Below, piece after piece: positions 15,031 through 17,337 of a stretch of 17,337 nt of DNA. Every line of letters starts with the position of its first letter. Position 1 is the stretch's first letter. The notes beneath the pieces are model-generated. The model made no database searches, had not been told where the DNA came from, and saw only the letters and a list, made by a program, of their open reading frames with translations. The translations under genes were made by a program, and so were the position numbers. The stretch is from Candidatus Caldarchaeales archaeon (GTDB lineage: Archaea > Thermoproteota > Nitrososphaeria_A > Caldarchaeales > Calditenuaceae), in the NCBI GenBank assembly GCA_032249095.1, contig JAVVGN010000040.1, forward strand, positions 1 through 17,337. The letters run 5' to 3'.

Positions 15031-15107
15031 CATGCAGGATGAGGGGGAGCGGTGGGGGCCGTCCTGTCCAAGATCTAGGCCAGGTTTATGCCTACCAACC
15101 CCACCAG

Positions 15108-16484
15108 CTACATCTCTCTAGAGGGCATTCGCTTTGAGACGCCTAAGAACTCGAGTCTTATCTCTAAGGGCTTATTCGCCAGTATCTCGGCGAAGCTCGG
15201 CTTTGTCCTGCCGCCATCGCCATGGATCAGCTCCTTCACGTAAAGGCCCCCATCAGCCACTATGAGAAATTCTACTAGATGGGGATCCTTGAGGCTCGCA
15301 GTGACGCTGTACACCCTTTTCTTTCTAAGCCTGTCGGCCCTTCTCCTGAGGACCCTTGTAGGGGTCATCTGGTCGATTATGGCGCCCCTGAGGATGGACT
15401 CCAACCTCTCTAGGTCGTCCTGCACTATAGGTGACTCGAACCTTACGATGGCTCGGTACCTCTTACTTCCGCCCTCAACCTCTGATTTCAACAACTTCAA
15501 ATCCTTGGAATCCGCGAAGGAGAGATTCTCGACACTTACGTTCCCCTTAGAGTATTCCGTTATCTGTTGCTTAAGGAGCGAGAGATCGATCCTTCTGCGG
15601 GAGGGCTGAATCAGCTCGAGGATGAAGGGCCTACCTTCTCCACCCACTTGGACGTCAACGTCCTCCCGGCCCGCCGCGTGGAACTTATATCCGATCGCGC
15701 CGGCAAGCTTCACAGCAGGCCCAGCTATGTACTCCGCAACCGAGTCGGGGTAAATGCGTCCAGTGAATCCGCACAGCTTGCAGCCGGCACCCCAGCACTT
15801 TGAGCAAAACCACGGCGTCTGGGGCATGTGGGGCTGGTGCTTAAAGTACTGCCCCCTGATGTAGAGTGGGGAGGCATTAACCTCGACTTCTCTCATGAAG
15901 ATGTCTACCTTGAAGATTATGTCAGGGCTTGTGAAGCTGACGGTCTTTCCGGTCAGTTCCTCCAGCCTGCGGCCCAGCTCGCTTGATATATCCTTACGGA
16001 GAGTCCTAGACTCTGTTAGCGCAATCTCAGAGAAGATCCTCTCCTCTATTGAAGCGATGTGACTGGGCACGTGGGCTCCTACTAAAAAGCTGTAGAACTC
16101 GTATCCCAACGACTTTTGGACAGCCTTATGAGCAAGCTCCTCTATTACGGCCTCGTTGAACCGCCCTAGACAGACGACGCATGGTATCCTGATTTCTGGC
16201 CGCGCGCCGATTTGTTCGGCCAGTTGTATGGCTTCTCGATGCCCAGTGGAGGAGAGGTTCTTCAGGATTTGGTAGGCCTCCTCTATGCGGTGTTCCTCTA
16301 ACATTAGCTTTGCCTCTCTTAGAAGCTGGGACTTGATCTCGGCACCGCGTTCACTGCTGTTCCCCCAGGCGCCTGCACCGCCGATGAGCCTTCCTAGGCA
16401 GTTATCGCAGAGCGGATACTTCTCTAAGAGTCTCCTAGCCCTCGAGAGGACCTCTTGGTCATGCGGAGGATGATTCTGGCCCAC
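15108..16484 (-). CDS. pus10: tRNA pseudouridine synthase Pus10 (archaeal Psi54/55 synthase)
   Basis: 458 aa. It has the N-terminal zinc-ribbon motif EKYPLCDNCLGRL with a later CVVCLGR, a THUMP-like middle region, a second Cys cluster CSKCWGAGCKLCGFTG, and the catalytic FHAAGREDVDV motif. The only possible start is the GTG at 16484, because an in-frame stop lies 3 codons upstream. Confidence 0.9.
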   Translation of the reverse strand: MGQNHPPHDQEVLSRARRLLEKYPLCDNCLGRLIGGAGAWGNSSERGAEIKSQLLREAKLMLEEHRIEEAYQILKNLSSTGHREAIQLAEQIGARPEIRIPCVVCLGRFNEAVIEELAHKAVQKSLGYEFYSFLVGAHVPSHIASIEERIFSEIALTESRTLRKDISSELGRRLEELTGKTVSFTSPDIIFKVDIFMREVEVNASPLYIRGQYFKHQPHMPQTPWFCSKCWGAGCKLCGFTGRIYPDSVAEYIAGPAVKLAGAIGYKFHAAGREDVDVQVGGEGRPFILELIQPSRRRIDLSLLKQQITEYSKGNVSVENLSFADSKDLKLLKSEVEGGSKRYRAIVRFESPIVQDDLERLESILRGAIIDQMTPTRVLRRRADRLRKKRVYSVTASLKDPHLVEFLIVADGGLYVKELIHGDGGRTKPSFAEILANKPLEIRLEFLGVSKRMPSREM

Positions 16485-16685
16485 AGGTCTCTATTGAGGA
16501 CGCATCAACAACTACTAAATAAATACAGGGCTTTGTCGGATGTTGAGAGGGAGGTTCTGAAGCCAGCTATCTCCTCCATGGAGAAGCAGACGGTGGAGAT
16601 GGCGAAAAAGATAACTGAGGAGGCTGGTAAGAGGCACCCCCACTTCCTCAGCAAGCCTGAGAATCCTCCTTCCGCCTACTCATAG
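16461..16685 (+). CDS. Small hypothetical protein (~74 aa), intact member of the Y repeat family (repeat Y copy B ~16446-16634)
   Basis: ORF MRRMILAHRSLLRTHQQLLNKYRALSDVEREVLKPAISSMEKQTVEMAKKITEEAGKRHPHFLSKPENPPSAYS. Across the 22 aligned codons 16485-16550 versus 9417-9482, 11 are identical, 4 differ only synonymously (ctt/cta, ctg/ttg, act/acg, ctg/cta), and 3 of the 7 replacements are K/R or E/D. That pattern favours a real or recently real coding frame. It overlaps the pus10 5' end divergently by ~24-30 nt. Start is ATG 16461 or TTG 16455. Confidence 0.35.
   Translation: MRRMILAHRSLLRTHQQLLNKYRALSDVEREVLKPAISSMEKQTVEMAKKITEEAGKRHPHFLSKPENPPSAYS
16515..16526 (-). promoter_or_regulatory. 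TATA-like box (minus-strand GTATTTATTTAG) for pus10
   Basis: Centred ~36 nt upstream of the pus10 GTG. It lies inside the plus-strand small ORF 16455-16685. Confidence 0.35.
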
Positions 16686-16687
16686 TC

Positions 16688-16696
16688 CCTTTTTAA
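16688..16696 (+). terminator. Oligo-T tract (CCCTTTTTA) after the small ORF
   Basis: T5 run 6 nt after the TAG at 16683-16685, in the gap between two convergent small ORFs. Confidence 0.25.
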
Positions 16697-16741
16697 GTCT
16701 TTATCTACTCCCCTACCCTCCACCCAATATTTAGGTCTTAA

Positions 16742-17025
16742 CTATCTTGGATGTCCATATAGCGTTAGTTGTCCTTTTCCCCTGAATATTACCTCGTTTC
16801 CCCACAGGTCTAGCTGTATGGGGATGTTTCCTTGTTCTATGCCTAGCATGTGTCTTAGCTTAGATTTCTCCTTCTTTACTACTCCTATCTCCTTCTCTAA
16901 GCCCTTAATGTTTGTAGTGCATTGTATATTTCTCTTGGTAGTGTTAGTCCCTTTGAGGTTTTTATGTATCCTGGTAGTAGTTTCTTGGCGCTCTCTGTGA
17001 GGTATAGTAGGATGTTTCGAGCCAT
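16742..17025 (-). pseudogene. Small minus-strand ORF split by a -1 frame change (42-codon N-part plus ~50-codon C-part)
   Basis: The ATG at 17025 gives MARNILLYLTESAKKLLPGYIKTSKGLTLPREIYNALQTLRA*, with stop at 16897-16899. Shifting one base gives an open frame, LEKEIGVVKKEKSKLRHMLGIEQGNIPIQLDLWGNEVIFRGKGQLTLYGHPR*, with stop at 16742-16744. GAGGAGGATGA lies upstream of the ATG. No family recognised. Confidence 0.3.
16749..16845. repeat. Repeat X, copy B (paired with 9225-9320)
   Basis: See copy A: 71/80 identities over the core. On the minus strand it encodes the C-terminus MLGIEQGNIPIQLDLWGNEVIFRGKGQLTLYGHPR*. Confidence 0.8.
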
Positions 17026-17337
17026 CTCCAAATCATCCTCCTCAATATGGGGTTTGGGGTGATTCTTATGGATGGTTTGTCCAGGTCGTAGCGCGCCCAG
17101 CTCAGGAATTTTTCCTACTGTTAGAGCCGACTCTCCCTAACTTTTTCTAGTAGCTTGCTTACTGTCTGTTGCGACTGGGGTAGGCCAAGCCTTTAGACAT
17201 AAGTTTCTTCCTAGCTAGTGGTCTAACCGGCCTATTGGGGCCACCACTCTTTATATGTGGGGCCGGTGGAGGGTCTTATCCGAACGGGTGATGGAGATAG
17301 GTTGGTGATGGCTTATCTGTGGATGAGGCTTAGGGAT

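Noticed and set aside
14675-15042. Four mutually overlapping ORFs (14675..14869 -, 14724..14906 -, 14743..15033 -, 14857..15042 +) as protein-coding genes
   Set aside because: They overlap each other in different frames, are Arg/Pro/Gly-rich, and coincide with a region of dense RNA-like helices and RNase P-like motifs. The region was called as ncRNA instead.
9225-16845. The X/Y repeats as boundaries of a mobile element or genomic island
   Set aside because: The enclosed genes are core housekeeping functions (L21e, RpoF, KsgA, Pus10, probable RNase P RNA). No integrase, transposase or tRNA target is present. The modules are in swapped order rather than forming clean terminal direct or inverted repeats.
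16818-17000. Plus-strand 60 aa ORF (MGMFPCSMPSMCLSLDFSFF...)
   Set aside because: It has hydrophobic, Cys/Phe/Leu-rich low-complexity composition. It is antisense to a more protein-like minus-strand reading that is partly conserved in repeat X.
17308-17337. Possible gene start (ATG 17308, MAYLWMRLRD...) running off the right edge, with CTTTATATG (17248-17256) upstream
   Set aside because: Only 10 codons are visible and GGTG abuts the ATG with no spacing. This is too little sequence to support a call.
1-17337. CRISPR arrays, rRNA genes, canonical tRNA genes, IS elements
   Set aside because: By eye there is no regularly spaced short repeat array, no rRNA-like conserved stretch, no T-loop/acceptor combination outside coding sequence, and no transposase-like ORF.

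Overview
GC-rich archaeal chromosome segment with frequent GTG/TTG starts, tightly packed or overlapping genes, and AT-rich TATA-like boxes about 25-40 nt upstream of operon starts. The gene set suggests a hyperthermophilic crenarchaeote-like organism, but the taxon cannot be determined without a database. Left to right: a partial 3' gene end; a polytopic membrane protein with a C-terminal double zinc ribbon (-); an inosine/uridine-type nucleoside hydrolase (-). Next is a seven-gene, translationally coupled aromatic-precursor operon (+) of the archaeal aspartate-semialdehyde/DKFP type: asd, ADH synthase, dehydroquinate synthase II, aroD, aroE, aroA, aroC. It has no shikimate kinase. An ~800 bp gene-poor stretch of decayed small-ORF repeats follows, then a chorismate mutase-aminotransferase fusion gene (+). 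The minus strand then carries an orphan MalK/GlcV-like ABC ATPase, the conserved archaeal cluster L21e-RpoF(Rpo4)-DUF655-KsgA/Dim1, a ~330 nt structured non-coding region (best guess RNase P RNA), and Pus10. The window ends in a second gene-poor stretch holding diverged copies of the same small-ORF repeats. The most interesting observation is a ~140 nt structured leader upstream of the aro operon. It starts at a predicted leaderless ATG and encodes a 29-codon uORF with 6 aromatic residues (F, W, Y) in an 11-residue stretch, which resembles a bacterial leader-peptide attenuator. All calls come from reading the sequence and ORF translations by eye. No database or folding software was used.
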